Shown here: piece after piece, positions 36,161-50,913 of the stretch
How positions within the stretch are numbered: position 1 is the first letter of the stretch
How the letters are laid out: each line of letters begins with the position of its first letter
Assembly: GCF_006345805.1 (NCBI RefSeq)
Contig: NC_042999.1
Span: 18,600,001 to 18,664,000 of the forward strand
Length of the DNA stretch: 64,000 nt
DNA from: Octopus sinensis
Taxonomy: Eukaryota
Direction: 5' to 3'
Notes under the pieces: generated by a model
Database searches by the model: none
Seen by the model: the letters and a program-made list of their open reading frames with translations, nothing else
Told to the model about the DNA's origin: nothing
Made by a program: the position numbers and the translations under genes

Positions 36161-38078
36161 CATAAATATATATATTCATATATGTATGAATATATATATA
36201 TATTCATTTACATATATGTTTGTGTATGTCTAGGTACACAGGTATATTATTAATTGTACAGGTTATTCTCATGTCTCATACAGCTGTGTTTTGGATTCAC
36301 TCGTGCCCCATATTCAGAGAACTTTTCCTGTATCCAACTCTCTTTTGCAGAAGCTCATTAAACTTTCATTGCATTCGTATTATGTTAGTTGTAAATAGTG
36401 TTCTGAGACATTTTTCTCAGACGCAGCAGTGAAATATTTGACCTTCACTGTGTTATTACGTTTCTGTGATCATTATTATATATGTAATATTATAAACCTA
36501 ACAACATCGTCCCCAAATAAAACCGAACATTCTTACTGTTCAATATCTTTCATATCATTCATGAATAATAACCCGCCTCTTCTTTTCAGGTAAACGAATC
36601 TCAGTTGCAAACTTCTTTCGAAAATATAATTGAAGATGCCAAGCAGGTTACACAAAGAATGACTATCTATCGACTTTTTCTTTCAACTTTTCAAGAAATA
36701 TAGCAGACCTAATGTAGTAGCAAACAGCAATAAACAGAAAAATAACTATTCTATTGAACTTCTCTGCCAGACATGTCGATGAGGAGTGGAAGCAGCAGAA
36801 GTTATACGATAATAAACAATTCAATATGAGTCACTGTCGAAATAGAAGATCATACACTTTTTCCTATGGGACTTAGAATTCAAATAACTCCAGGAATAAA
36901 CTACAAACAGACAATAAACACCGACTTTATGATGCTAATGTTTAATTTCCTGCTTACCGATACTACAAGCCATTCTAGATTACAGTCTCTCTTTGTGAAA
37001 CATTCTTCACATGAGAGCCAAATTTATGATATTGGCCTATATCCATTTTCTAGACTGCTATTTTGACTCAATGAGATTGTATCTTTCTGTATATATTGTT
37101 ATATTCGTAGAAATTATATTTAAAAATCTATGTCTGTAGATTTATTAATATACATTTCCTGTGCTGAACCATGTGGATTTTGCGTTAAATGAACTGTTAT
37201 ATTATGTGTCGTACAGAGAGTTCGAATAGCATTTGCAAATTTAATCGCAATGAATAGAAAATACATAATTACTTTAATGTTCGAAAGGAACATCTTATGC
37301 AACTTTTATTTATCACACTTACTCTGACAATATTATTAAGAAGCATTGCCAATTCAATTCAGAACAGAAAAATTACGTATATTCTTATACTGAATTTGTA
37401 TATTAGAGTAGTTTAAATCTATCAAGGGGGTATTTAAGAGATAGTTTCTATGACAATGCTTTTACCATTCCCATCAGCGTTGGCTGCCCCATCTGTGTTG
37501 AGTTAAACTTAACTTTACATCGAGAATAATCTTTGTTAGAAGGCTGTCTGTTGGGGATAGGAAAATGAACGACAATGATTTAAATATATGTAGAACTGCA
37601 TCGTTGATGTCTGATAAAATGTCATTTGCATATTATGTTGAATATCACTATGTAAACTTTGGTGGAATAAATCAAATATAATCTCTCTATAAATAATACA
37701 CTTTATAATTTTCATATATAAGATATAATAATTGGAGAGTGATGTTAGAGTGAGTAGGCTGTCATCACATACAGCCCCCCCCCCAGGTGGAAGAAATGTA
37801 AAGGCATAAACATGTTTGCTGGATATCTAATGTATTATATGGTACACCCATTCATTCCCCACTCACATGCACATACATATTATTATTATTATTATTATAT
37901 ATATGTGTGTGCCCGCGCGTGTTTGTAGGTTTGTGTGTGTGTCTCTGAGATTTTCTGTGCACACCCATAACAATATGCAAACGCACGCACACACACACAC
38001 ACCCACACACATATATATATAGACAGACATACAGACATACAGACATACAGACAGACAGATATATATATATAATATATA

Positions 38079-38140
<62 letters not shown>

Positions 38141-40030
38141 CTGTAGATAAAAATATAATATATTTACATGAATTATTCATATAGTCATGTGTATGTTTGC
38201 GTGTATTTGTAAGTATGCAACTTCTTATTTGTCGTGCGGAAATATTCCAAGTTATATTTAATTTGTTGTAATTAGATGCACCGTTATCTTAGTACAAGAA
38301 TACTTAGTCAATTCCTCTAATGTTCAGAGAAAGATTTCAAATATTTTCCACAATCTTTCATATCTATTTCAATAAATTTCCTTAACAAATAACTATCCAA
38401 ATCCCACATTTTCATTTAATTAATAGTTCACATGAAAGAACAGGGAACCCAAATTATAGCCCATTATTTCAATTTTTAATTGTGCCTTATATCTCTAACT
38501 CATTCCTGCCAAATGATAAATGTATTTGGCAGCTTCGTCCCATGAATTAGGAGAAATATTCTGGATAATTCTTAAATTACTATTATCACTTTACAGTTCA
38601 GAATCATAGATAATATCAAATACATAATTTAATATCACTAGGATTAAACTTATCACAAGATATAATAGTTGCAACAATTTCATGGTTTATATTACCTAAT
38701 TAAATGGTATGGATTCTAAACTTTGGAAAAGTGACAAACAAAATACCCGCGAGTGATCAAGTACGCAACTTTATGTCGCATTTGATACACCTTGGGGTAA
38801 TGGGCTATGTATCATATAGAAATATGGAGTTTATATCAACCGTTGTATGCTGGCTGTATCAGAACACAATATTTGCAGTAATTCTAGTTGATTTCCTCAT
38901 TCTGTGCACATTTCAGTGCATTTGAAACTAATACTTTTTTTTAATAATGATATATTTTACTTTTATGTGTTGTACTCTGTTTTACGTCCTTTCAAGCTAA
39001 TGTCGTTCTCTAAGTGTATATTCTGAATATTTCTATATTTGAATTTTGGCTAATCGGTCAAACATATTTAAACAGAGAAATTATTAAGCTGCTTTCTTTT
39101 ATTCCATCAATGCTTGCTCGATTGGTACTTTATTTTCATACATCAGGAAAAATATATAGCAAATGTGGTACGGGATTTGAGCTCGAAATATAAAGTAGCG
39201 GATGAAAAACGCTTCTCCAAGTAATTAACTGTTAACTCATTAAAAAATTAAAAAATTTAAAATAGAAATTCCAAAATTTCATCAGTCATATACAATATAC
39301 ACAATAGTTACTTCTGTCATCATATAGAAAATGAAAAAAAAAAATCTTTACAAAGAATGTATCATCTTCTTTCGTTTTTATACATAATATTATCATTACG
39401 TTCAACAAATTTAATTTAAGCAGGAAAGTCTGCTGCGATATTCGTCGGAAATAACACCAACAAAGTTCAGTATAAATGCCATAGCGAAAACGCATAAAAG
39501 AAATGCCGCTGTGCATACAATTAAATAAAACATACACATTTTTAGAGCGCATTTATTATTCTAGATGTGATTTCCTAAAATTTTGCACATTTATTTTGTC
39601 CTTCCCATTTTTTACATTTAATTTCACTATTATTTGCATGCATTTCCTTCGTTCAGTATAATGATTGCTATTTTTAGTTTGCTCTATTTTGCCTTTATAT
39701 TATCTGGCACGAATGAAATACCAGTTATGTTTCATGTGAAGCTGACATTTTAAAAGAAAATTTATGCTTAATCTAAAACTTTCACGCAACGATTGCATTA
39801 AGCATTCTTATTAGATTTCACTAGTTTTTGTTACACCTCTGCATACGCTTTGAGTTAAAAAATGAATGTGTTAAAAAGATACAAATAGTGGTGTAACATA
39901 AAAAGCTACAATAGCATTATCATTATGAATTACATTTTTTATATTTAGTAGTATGTGTATTATTTGATATACATAATAATAATAGCAATGATAATAATAA
40001 TAATAATTACAAAAATAAAAAAAAATAATG

Positions 40031-40079
<49 letters not shown>

Positions 40080-40376
40080 TAATAAACTAATTATAATCAT
40101 GACGATGATTTCATTTATATGCCACCATTGCAAAAGATCAGGAGACAGTACAAAGACAGACAGTGTTTACATATAATGAGATAATAAAATAGATAAATAA
40201 ATAAATAACAAAAACAGAGGTGTAAGTATACAGGGCATATAATGAAAAGTGAAATATACATAGCGCACAATGGTAATAATTGTATTATTATTATTATCAC
40301 TATTATTATTATTATAATTATTAATATTATTATTATTATTAATATTATTATTATTATTATTAATATTATTATTATT

Positions 40377-40692
40377 GAGTGAGTGAGCAGAGCATGCCAT
40401 CAAAGTGTCACTGGGGAAAAATATACGAAGCCCAGTATACCCATCATGACTACCCGTCTGATAAGGGTACACCAGGCACATGCATCACAACCATATGTGC
40501 GCGACATGGTGATCTCATATCAAGATAAACAGCACATGACCTTGCAGGTGGAGCCCAGTTAGAATTTTCTTCAGATCGAGCAACCCATCCCGCTCAAAAG
40601 GTCCCTGAACAAGGGTTGTTTAAGGACGTTGAACGAAACACCCATGTTTCCAGAGGTGAATTATTCAAACCCCAAAGAATCCTTCTCAACAT
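40377..40692 (-). mobile_element. ~315-bp non-coding insertion inside an (ATT)n tract
   Basis: GC-richer block bracketed by (ATT)n at 40283-40376 and 40693-40790; no tRNA head and no TIRs. Strand is tentative. Confidence 0.65.
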
Positions 40693-40694
40693 TA

Positions 40695-40737
<43 letters not shown>

Positions 40738-41599
40738 GTCGTTGTTATTGTTGCAATTGTTGTTATTATTGTTATTATTATTACTATTACAGTTATCAGT
40801 AGCTAGCAAAGCAGTAGTAGTAGAATCGTTGTTGTTCCCATTTCACATTTCCTTATAACTACTATTTTGTCATGAAACTACATCTAAATATCTCATGTTA
40901 ATTGAGCCGGATTTGTTTCCTTATCTTGATGGAGTAGGATATTATTGGGGATTAAATTTATGTCATGCAACAAGGTCCGAATTTGAATTGGCATCATATT
41001 TTTATCAATAATATGGATGGAATTATTGTTTATTGTATGTCAATACTATTGAACTGGTAGTTTTGTTTTCAAAAATATATGACAAATGAAGACACGGGAT
41101 TTGGAGAGGAGAATAAAAAATTGGTAAGGATTTAAATGCCTAGAGGGCAAATATTTATTGAGTTAAAGAAAGAAAGGAAATTATATATAAAAATACAGTC
41201 TAATTATAGCAAATGCATTCAAACATAAACCCATTGTTATTTACAAAAACATGTTTTCAAAAATATATGAATATATGTGTGTCTATATTTTCTCATCTTT
41301 TATCCTTTATTTGATTTAGGCGGCGGCCTTGCTGGAGCACTATCTCGAACAATTTTTAGTTGAATGAATCGACCACAGGACTGTTTTTTGCAGGCCTAAA
41401 ATTTATTCAATTGTTCTGTTTTTTGCCGAACTGCTTGTCTACAGGTACGTAAACCCAGCAACACCGGTTGGATTGTCAAAGATTGCTGGGAGACAAATAA
41501 AGTAAAGCTGTACGGAGTAGTGAGTGGATGAAGGAATAACTGACACAATATGGATGACAAAAACAATAGCGATTCGTATATTAGTTAAGAGTAAATGGG

Positions 41600-41980
41600 G
41601 GAAGCACTCCGTCGGTTACGACGACGAGGGTTCCGGTTGATCCGATCAACAGAACAGCCTGCTCGTGAAATTAACGTGTAAGTGGCTGAGCACTCCACAG
41701 ACACGTGTACCCATAACGTAATTCTCGGGGATATTCAGCGTGACACAGAGAGTGACAAGGCCGGCCATTTGAAATACAGGTACAACAGAAACAGGAAGTA
41801 AGAGTGAGAGAAAGTTGTGGTGAAAGAGTACAGCAGGGATCACCACCATCCCCTGCCGGATCCTCGTGGAGCTTTAGGTGTTTTTGCTCAATAAACACTC
41901 ACAACGCCCGGGATGGGAATCGAAACCGCGATCCTACGACTGCGAGTCCCCTGCCCTAACCACTGGGCCATTGCGCCTCC
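41600..41980 (-). mobile_element. Chimeric SINE (D head, Y tail)
   Basis: 41790-41980 matches D elements; 41605-41788 matches the 3' half of 253-580. Confidence 0.85.
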
Positions 41981-42320
41981 ACTAAGAGTAAATAGGCGGA
42001 AGTGGGTGCAATTGTTGTAGTGATATAAACGGCAGAGTGAAGTAGTTGTGGTTTCATGTGCTTAAGATTTAAGTTTTACATCACCTGAGTTCTAATGTTC
42101 ATTTAAGCATCTGCAGGAGCAGCACCCTTTCCGTGTTCAGCATACCAAAGTATATTTCCCCTTTGAATTTTCGAGTGCTAAAATTTAATGTATATTAGGT
42201 ACTGTGTGTCCTATATGAACGAAGCTAATCTATAGGTGCAAGTTTTCTTAAGTTGTGAGATAGACAGTAAAGTACACTAATTTTTGTAAGAGTTAGTAGG
42301 GACTTTTATAGTCTCACTTA

Positions 42321-42540
42321 CACGAGGAGTAGGTGAAAAGGTCCTGGTTTTGGGTAAAAGAAAATATTGGGCGATTAGTTACTTATAATTTTATTCAACA
42401 TATTCACCCCACAGATTAATGCACTTATTGCATTGGTCCTTAAATTTTGTAAGCCGTGTAAAGGAACTCGGAAGTTTGGGCCTCCAGCCTGGCCTTTCGT
42501 GTTACCCTTAAAACCTGGAACTGTTCAGTATCCCCTCGTA
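42321..42540. mobile_element. Mariner-derived MITE
   Basis: Imperfect ~37-bp TIRs CGAGGAGTAGGTGAAAAGGTCCTGG / CCTGGAACTGTTCAGTATCCCCTCG-TA. Confidence 0.7.
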
Positions 42541-43870
42541 GATTACCAGACGACTATGATTAATAAAAATGGATGTGATATAATATTTTCATAATATAGA
42601 TATGACATGAGGGTATTCTTCTCACTATAATTATTTTGCAAATATTTAAAGTTAAGTATAACAAAGGTGTTTGCTCAATACAAATATATGCAATATTAAG
42701 TGGTAAGTTTTATATACCAATAAGCCATTTCAGAAAGACATTTGTGAAAATATAATTAAATTTCATGATTGCATTCATTTTGATAATGTTTGGATATTCG
42801 ATATCTTTGAAACCATGGGAAAATATTTGTTTGTATATCTAAATAACATTAAGTCCGAGGTACAGAATAGCTTTATACGTTAATGTTATCTTAAATATAC
42901 CACTTAAAGCTGCAATTTGCTTCTTGAAATTTAATGTAGACTAATTTCTCTGTATTCCATTGCTTTTTATGTAATTTCGTATACATATGCGCATAGACCA
43001 ATTTTGTATATGTTCATATTACCATATATGACCTACCACCTGAATAAATGGTAAATACATAAACTCAGCCATTCAGATTGCGAAAGATTTAGCTTTTAAT
43101 AATGTGAATATAAACAGCATTTTAATTATGATATATTGACACTCAATTAACGCAATATATGAGTTTGAAGCAGAAGGATTTTATTATCCAACATAAATGG
43201 GTAATTCCCTCTGGAGGTGTGTCTTTTCGAGTAGAAATTCAATTTTCATTTTATTTGCTATCTATTACTACGGAAAACACACGCGTATGTATGTATTAAT
43301 TTTGTATGTGTATTAGATATATTTTCATATAAATATATGAGCATATTGTGCGTGGATACATGTAACTATATGGATATCGAGAACTTTTAGAGTAGCTAAA
43401 TTAGTGATTTCAGTTATTTGGCTCAATTTTAATTTCACAATTTTAGGTTAAGTCGAAAGTGTAATTATTTTCATAATATAAGTATCCGTTTGATACGTTC
43501 AAATCCCGTGTCGCTAAAGCGAGTAGAGAATGAGTGATGTATGTCATATGCATTCCGATGTAGTCCATGTCAACAAAGACTCCCATGTTAAACGAATCTT
43601 CCAACGTAATCTTTACCTCATAGCCAACAAGTGATCGAAATGATTTAAGCATTTCATTATTACTGGCACCTTACCATTTCAGGCATAAAATATTTCTCAA
43701 AGCCACGTTACTGGAGAAAACGTTGAATGCATTGACTTGGTAGAATACGAACCAGAAATGTTCTCGCAACCCACGTGTTACCTCCTGTTCAATCGCTGAA
43801 CGTTCTAACGGCTTTGCTTTATATTATGAATACCTCAGTCTTTAACGTGAGATCTGGTTCTCTTTATCCT

Positions 43871-43965
<95 letters not shown>

Positions 43966-44987
43966 AGAGAGAGGAGAAAGAGGGAGAGGAATAGAAGGTA
44001 ATACGTGATTCCAGTATGTCTCTACACTCTACACGAATCCGTTAAAAACGGAAAGTATTCAGCCATTAATTGTCTGCTTTTTCAAAAATTATTCAGCTTT
44101 AAATGCTTCAATGTATGTAGATCTGTCATTGACAATAGCAACACTTAGGAACATTGATCCGCAATTTATAGACACTGGTGTAAACATGAAAGCAAAAATA
44201 CATATCCAATAGATTTCAAACAATATTCGTTCTTTTGGTATTTCGATCGCATTCCTTATTTCAATAATGATTCTGTCAAATGCAGATAATAGCTGACGAT
44301 GTTCTTACATGCAGTCATTTGCTCGCCTTCAGTGTCAGCCTTCGTTGTTATCACACATGCCAGTTTCAGATTTCCATGTAAAGGTATACTCCATTGCATA
44401 TGTTTAGCATGCACCAAGAAAATACTAGCCATATAAGTATTTAATCATCGAATTCGCGAGAAAATAAATGAATTACCGTTAGACACGTAAATCAAAGCGC
44501 TGTGATTTATACTTAGAAGAAATGAAAGTTTTGCCATGCGGAAAATTGAAAGCAATTACGATATTTACTTTTTATCCTAAGGAAAATAATTTGATTCGAT
44601 CAAAAGTGGAAATTACTGAATTAGTTTCTATGTCATGTCAGAGGGAAAATAACAAGATTGGGTAATTAATTATGTACTCAGGGTAAAAAAATTTAAAAAC
44701 AAGCCGTCAAGCATTCTGATAAAAAAAAAAAAAAACAACATATAACGCTGATTGATTTACGGATAGTAATGTTTGTCATTTAACAGTCTAATATTTAATT
44801 ATACAAGTAAGCATATAAATTACACAAATACGCATGTGAGCGTGAAGAGTAAAAGAGAAGCCCGAAGGTGGAATTCTAGCCAACAAGTAATAGTGGAGAA
44901 GTCATCCTCGAATTACACCGTATATTATCGAAATAAGAAATTAATAACTTGATAAATATATAATTCATTTATGGTGTCAAGAATAAG

Positions 44988-45418
44988 TCGGCGAGCTGGC
45001 AGAAACGAACGTTAGCACACCGGGCGAAATGCTTGGCAGTATTCCGTCTGTCGTTACGTTATGAGTTCAAATTCTACCTAGGTCGACTTTGCATTTCATC
45101 CATTCGGCGTCGATAAATTAAGTACAAGTTACGCATTGGAGTCTATGTAATCGACTTAATCCCTTTGTCTCTCCTTGTTTGTCCCCTCTGTGTTTAGCTT
45201 CTTGTGGGCAATAAAGAAATAAGAAATGTTAGCACGCCAGGCGAAATGCTTAGCAGTATTCCGTCTATCATTATGTTCTGAATTCAAATTCCGCCGAGGT
45301 CGACTTTGCCTTTCATCCTTTCGGGGTCGATAAATTAAGTACCAGTTGCATACTGGGGTCGATCTAATTGACTGGCACCTTCCTTCCAAATATCGGGCCT
45401 TGTGCTTTGGGAAGAAAA
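44988..45418 (+). mobile_element. Two tandem SINE family B modules
   Basis: Head GGCGAGCTGGCAGAAAC, repeated body. Confidence 0.85.
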
Positions 45419-45902
45419 ATTTATGGTGACAAGAATATAGTTGGTTAATAAAATGCAACTTTAAGCATGACACTTCTCGAACTAGACGTCCCTGTAAAGG
45501 ATACTGCAAAAAAAGAAAACAAAAGGAGCAGGTTAGTTTATTTCCACACAGCTTTAGTGTGGGATTTAATAGTATTGATGTGTTCAATAATGACACCGAT
45601 TGCTCCTCACAGATCAATATACTCCATAGATAATAGATACACTGACATCAGGAAAAAATGGAAATAGAAATAAAAAATGAAAAGACAACCTGCGTGCATA
45701 TCCTACTTATTGAATGTTAGCCATGACACAAAATATGTATAAGGTAATGCATTCTTACCTTATGTTATTGCTTTTCCAATTAACAAATGAAGCTAAAGTA
45801 TTATTTGCGTCTGAAATTTTTATATATACATTTTATATACACAGCACTATCTATATTTGACTATCTCTTTCTCTCTCTCTCACTATATATATATATATAT
45901 AT

Positions 45903-46177
45903 ATTTATATTATATAGAGGGCATTATTACATATAAATGCCTCACGCTAAGAGGGACATAAGTCATTTCCACCAAAAATTTTACTGATGAGCATGGACGC
46001 AAATTCTTCTGCGGTGAGTGCGAAATCACAGGTGATATAAGACTAAATTCATTTTTTAAATGTCTTGCTTTGAAAAACTGCATTGGGTATGATTAGTACA
46101 ATTTTTGGTGGAAATGACTTATGTCCCTCTTAGCGTGAGGCATTTATATGTAAAATTGCCCTCTATATAATATAAAT
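45903..46177. mobile_element. MITE with 78-bp TIRs
   Basis: 45903-45980 is the inverted repeat of 46100-46177 with 2 mismatches; TA-rich ends. Confidence 0.88.
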
Positions 46178-46292
46178 TAATATGTTCAATAAGAAAATAT
46201 TATTTTCGAAATTATTCTCTTATGAGGTTTTTCACGCTATCTACCTGATAATTTCTTATTAAGATTCCTTATTAAGAGGTTATCCTTAATTG

Positions 46293-46373
<81 letters not shown>

Positions 46374-46377
46374 ATAT

Positions 46378-46411
<34 letters not shown>

Positions 46412-46825
46412 TGGATAGATAGATAGAGAGATAGAGAGATAGATAGATAGATATACACACACACGCACAAAAATCAAGAATATATATATATTTACGTGTA
46501 CATGTATGCATATATCGCTTACTCGTAACGATATTTAATAACCTGATGGTTGAACACAATATAGGTACGGTTTGAAAAAAGGCGTTAGTCGATCTAAAAG
46601 CGTAAAAACAGATTATATCCATAACAAGAAATTATGTAACAGTCTTTAATAGCTTACAGCTGTTTCAACCCTCAGATGTAATGCAATCACGACTGAATGT
46701 TTCGTCGAAAGTATAAGATATGACATAAGCATATAGCATTATATACCAGAAATATATCTCATTATATCAAAACTTTCCCGGACTAGATGTGTAAGGAGCC
46801 TACAGATGGCAGCGCACGGTTATGT

Positions 46826-47050
46826 GCGCAATGAACACCATGGTTCCTCTGCTTTATGGCAGAAGTAGGAAGTAAGAGTGAGAGAAAGCTGTGAGGAAAG
46901 AGTATAGGGGGCCCAGCGCAATCCCATCGGAGTCTCGTGTGGTTTAGGTGTTTTTAGTCAATAAACACTCACAATGACCGGTCTGGGAATCGAAACCACG
47001 TTCTTACGACCGCGAGTCCGCTGCCCTAACCACCGGCCATTGCGCCTCCA
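46826..47050 (-). mobile_element. SINE (D head), 3'-truncated
   Basis: Colinear with 29740-30005. Confidence 0.82.
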
Positions 47051-47097
47051 CTGTTGGTGTTGTTGTAGTGACAGTGTATTATACACACACACACACA

Positions 47098-47147
<50 letters not shown>

Positions 47148-47262
47148 AAACTAAAATCAAAATGAGGGATATTAATTTGACAATATCAATTTTAACACCA
47201 GTGGTCTAGCATATAAAAAACTGATATTCAGTAAATAGTATGAATGAAATACTCTTATATAT

Positions 47263-47296
<34 letters not shown>

Positions 47297-47502
47297 GTGT
47301 GTGTGGAGACGGAATTGCCCAGTGGTTAGTACAGCGGTTTCGATTCCCAGATCGGGTATTGTGAATGTTTCTTTAGCGAAAATTCTTTAGCGAAAATTCT
47401 TTAGCAGGGAACCCAGCCACTTGCATATTAATTTCACTATGAGGCTGTTCCGTTGATCGGATCAACTGGAACCCTCGTCATCGTATCCAATGGAGTGCCA
47501 CG

Positions 47503-47575
<73 letters not shown>

Positions 47576-48106
47576 ATGTGTGTATGTGTGTCTGCGTGTG
47601 TGAAAGTGCGCGTAGGGGGTAGTGAGACTAAATATAGATGGACATTTGTATTTCAGGAGAAAAGAGAGTGCTTATAATTATTTACACAATCTACAGCTCT
47701 CATTTCTCTTCCTTACGTTATATATATGTACGATATATATACACATATATACATATATAGATATAGAAACATATATAAATTTACATATTTATATACATAC
47801 ATACATACATACATATATATTTTTGTGCTTGAGGTTTCTAGAACCCATCCAGAAAATGTGTACACAAATAAATATAAGAAGATCGATTTAATTAAATACT
47901 CAGATTAATGTGAAAAATATATAAATATCTCTGAATTCGCTTAAGGACGTATCAAATTTAATATTGAATATGAAATTAAATTCAAAGTATAAAAGTACAT
48001 GAATATGATATTACTTGCCAAGTAATTTCGGAACGTTGTAGAAGGCGAAATACCCTGAGCGTTGCTCCTGGGTTTACAGAACTAACCAACCTACTTTAGA
48101 ATTTTT

Positions 48107-48746
48107 AGGGCAGCGAACTGGCAGAAATGTTAGTACACTGGTCGAAATCCTTAGCGGTATTTCGTCTGCCGCTACGTACTGAGTTGAAATTTCGCCGAGG
48201 TCGACTTTGCCTTTCATCCTTTCAGGGTCGATAAATTAAGTACCAGTTGCACACTGGGGTCGATGTATTCGACTTAATCCGTTTGTCTGTCCTTGTTTGT
48301 CCTCTCTGTGTTTAGCCCCTTGTGGGTAGTAAAGAAAGAGGTATTTTAAGTCGGCGAGCTGGCAGAAACGTTAGCACGTCGGGCGAAGTGCTTAGCGTTA
48401 TTTCGCCTGCCGCTACGTTCTGAATTCAAATTCTGCCGATGTCAACTTTGCCTTTCAACCTTTCGGGGTCGATAAATTATGGACGAGTTACGCACTTGAG
48501 TCGATATAATCGACAAAATCCGTTTGTCTGATCTTGTTCGTCCTTTCTGTGTTTAGCCCCTTGTGGATAGTAAAGAAATAGGTATTTTGTCTGTCTTTAC
48601 GTTCTGATTTCAAATTCCACAGCGTTCGACTTTGCCATTCATCCTTTCTGGATCGATAAATTAAGTATCTTTTTCGTATTTCGGTCGATCTAATCGATTG
48701 GCACACTTCCCCAAAATTTCGGGCCTTCTACCTAGAGAAGAAAAGA
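48107..48746 (+). mobile_element. Tandem array of SINE family B modules
   Basis: Three modules. Confidence 0.87.
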
Positions 48747-48780
48747 TTTTGTATATTTTATGGAATCTACTTATATTATA

Positions 48781-49175
48781 CTAGCAGTATCGCCCGACGT
48801 TGCTCGGGTTTGTAAGGGAAATAACTATATAAGCATTTTTAGAGATGTAAAGTATAATAGCCATCTCAATATGCCTAACCACAAAGGGGGGGGGTGTTAC
48901 TGTAGCTTTTTACGTTCTGAGATTTAATAATAAATTTTTAGAGAGTTACTTCCCTTATATATCCCAAAAATGCATTAAAAATGGGAAAAATTGATGGTAT
49001 TTTTTTTTAATCGTAGACTCATTGTAGACGCGCGCTAATACCCAGAAGTGCTCGATATGAATCACGACTATAAGATACCCGGTTTTGGTTAAACTGCACC
49101 GCAAAATGTGGGATTAGTTAGTAATCTAAATCGTAGGAGACAGACAGCACACAGCCTATCTTTCATATATAAAGA
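48781..49175 (-). mobile_element. Non-autonomous Helitron, 395 bp
   Basis: Minus strand A|TCTTTATATATGAAAG...CCCGA-GCAACG-TCGGG-CGATACTG-CTAG|T; AT target, no TSD. Confidence 0.9.
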
Positions 49176-50913
49176 TTACAGTGTTATCATGTGATTAGTT
49201 CAAACTGTTGTAATTCAAACGTAATAAACACATACAGACACGCGTCCGTCCGCACGCAGGCATATGTATACATATTTCTTCGGAATGAAGACAGATTTGT
49301 ATTTGAAATGTGTGACTTGAATTCAAGGTCGGATCGATGATTAATAAATCTCGCTACACTTGAGAGCTTTTCTAAAACAAAGGGCAACAGCTTTACACTT
49401 GCTTTTCGAATAAATTTTACATAGTGTAGAAACTATTAATATAATTTCATGTTGGTAAATTATAACGTGTGGAATATATGGGTTATATTTTGGGTAGAAA
49501 TTAGTATCCAGACTCATTATGAATGCTGTTAACCTGCCTATTTCCACATAACGAGTCCATATTTATCATTTGTTTTTAGTTAATTCTGTTTCTATTCATA
49601 AATGTTTCAATATGCCATACCAATTCTCATATCACGAAGTGACAGTATAAGCCCCAAAATGTCATTACAACACACCTGCTAACGAACGAAAGATTGCGTT
49701 GGATCACAACCGGTATTCTGTTCCACAATGTCCCGTTATTCGTCATTCTCAATTTATTTACGTTAGCTTTTTCATATGTGGTATGTAAAGAAGCAGTTTA
49801 ACGCAACTCATTTGCTATTATAACGGTGGTAAAAATAATTAGTTGGTAAAAATAATTAGTTAACATAAACAGACGTGCATTACCGTAATATATTTCATAT
49901 GTTATTTGAAAATCTCATATAATATCTAAGGAAAACTTATTGTTATATGTTCGAGTGGGTTTAAAAAAGATATAATTGCTTTTGCTTAAAAGTCACCTTA
50001 TGCTGGTATCTGAAAGCAACGAAAATCTTGCTCAAAATGCAATTGTCGCTCACCTAAATACTAGTGTGTTAAATGTCCTTTATGCCATACCAAAGTAACT
50101 TATATCTTTTAAACGGCGATAAATACTTTGATAAATGCTGTCGATGAAAATGGCAAAGTGTTGGGAAGTACATTTTATAGTGTTCTGGCTTTAGAGTGTG
50201 GAATTAATGACATATTAAGAGTTAGCAAATATCTTGAATAAACTTGAGACTATATTTATTGTGTTCTCCCTAGGGATTTATTGTATCGTCGAACAATATT
50301 AACTTACAATTTCATAGGCTTTGAACTACTTGTAACAAGCAATAATATCTATTTCACAAAATTTACAGATTTTATGAAATACAATAGCATTAGTTTATTG
50401 TTGTATTCTATTTCCATAACTTAGCAGGAAAGTATTGACAGATTATGTTGAAACAAGTTTAGGAACCTAAGGCCTCCTCTTGACAACCTGGTCTATTTAT
50501 TCGTAGAATCTCGAGTTAAAATACCGATTTGCAATGTTCATTTGAAATCAATTCAGATGTTAGTAGGTAAAACAGAAGCTCAAGCGACTATGTTGAAAAG
50601 GGATACTGTAAGCATAACCTTTGTTATTAATAAAATTTGTATATTTATATCTCGTTTTTGGATTTGGTTTGCAAGATTCTTTATATGAGTTCGTGTGTCG
50701 AAGCATATTCTGTTGTGTCTGGGGAGAGTCATTCTCTTTTAGTGCCTTATTATTTAACACACTCACCGGTAAAATTTCCACTTATTTCTTACTAGCAGCA
50801 CAGCCCGGCGTTGCCCGGGTATATAAGAGCCCCTAGTAGGCAACGACTAATCCCAATGTAGTCCTTTCCCTCCAGGGAACGAAGGTGCATGTGGACGTTG
50901 CAATGTCTTGTCT

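Noticed and set aside
45983-46003. CTGATGAGC... motif inside the MITE
   Set aside because: No GAAA half-core and no flanking helices.
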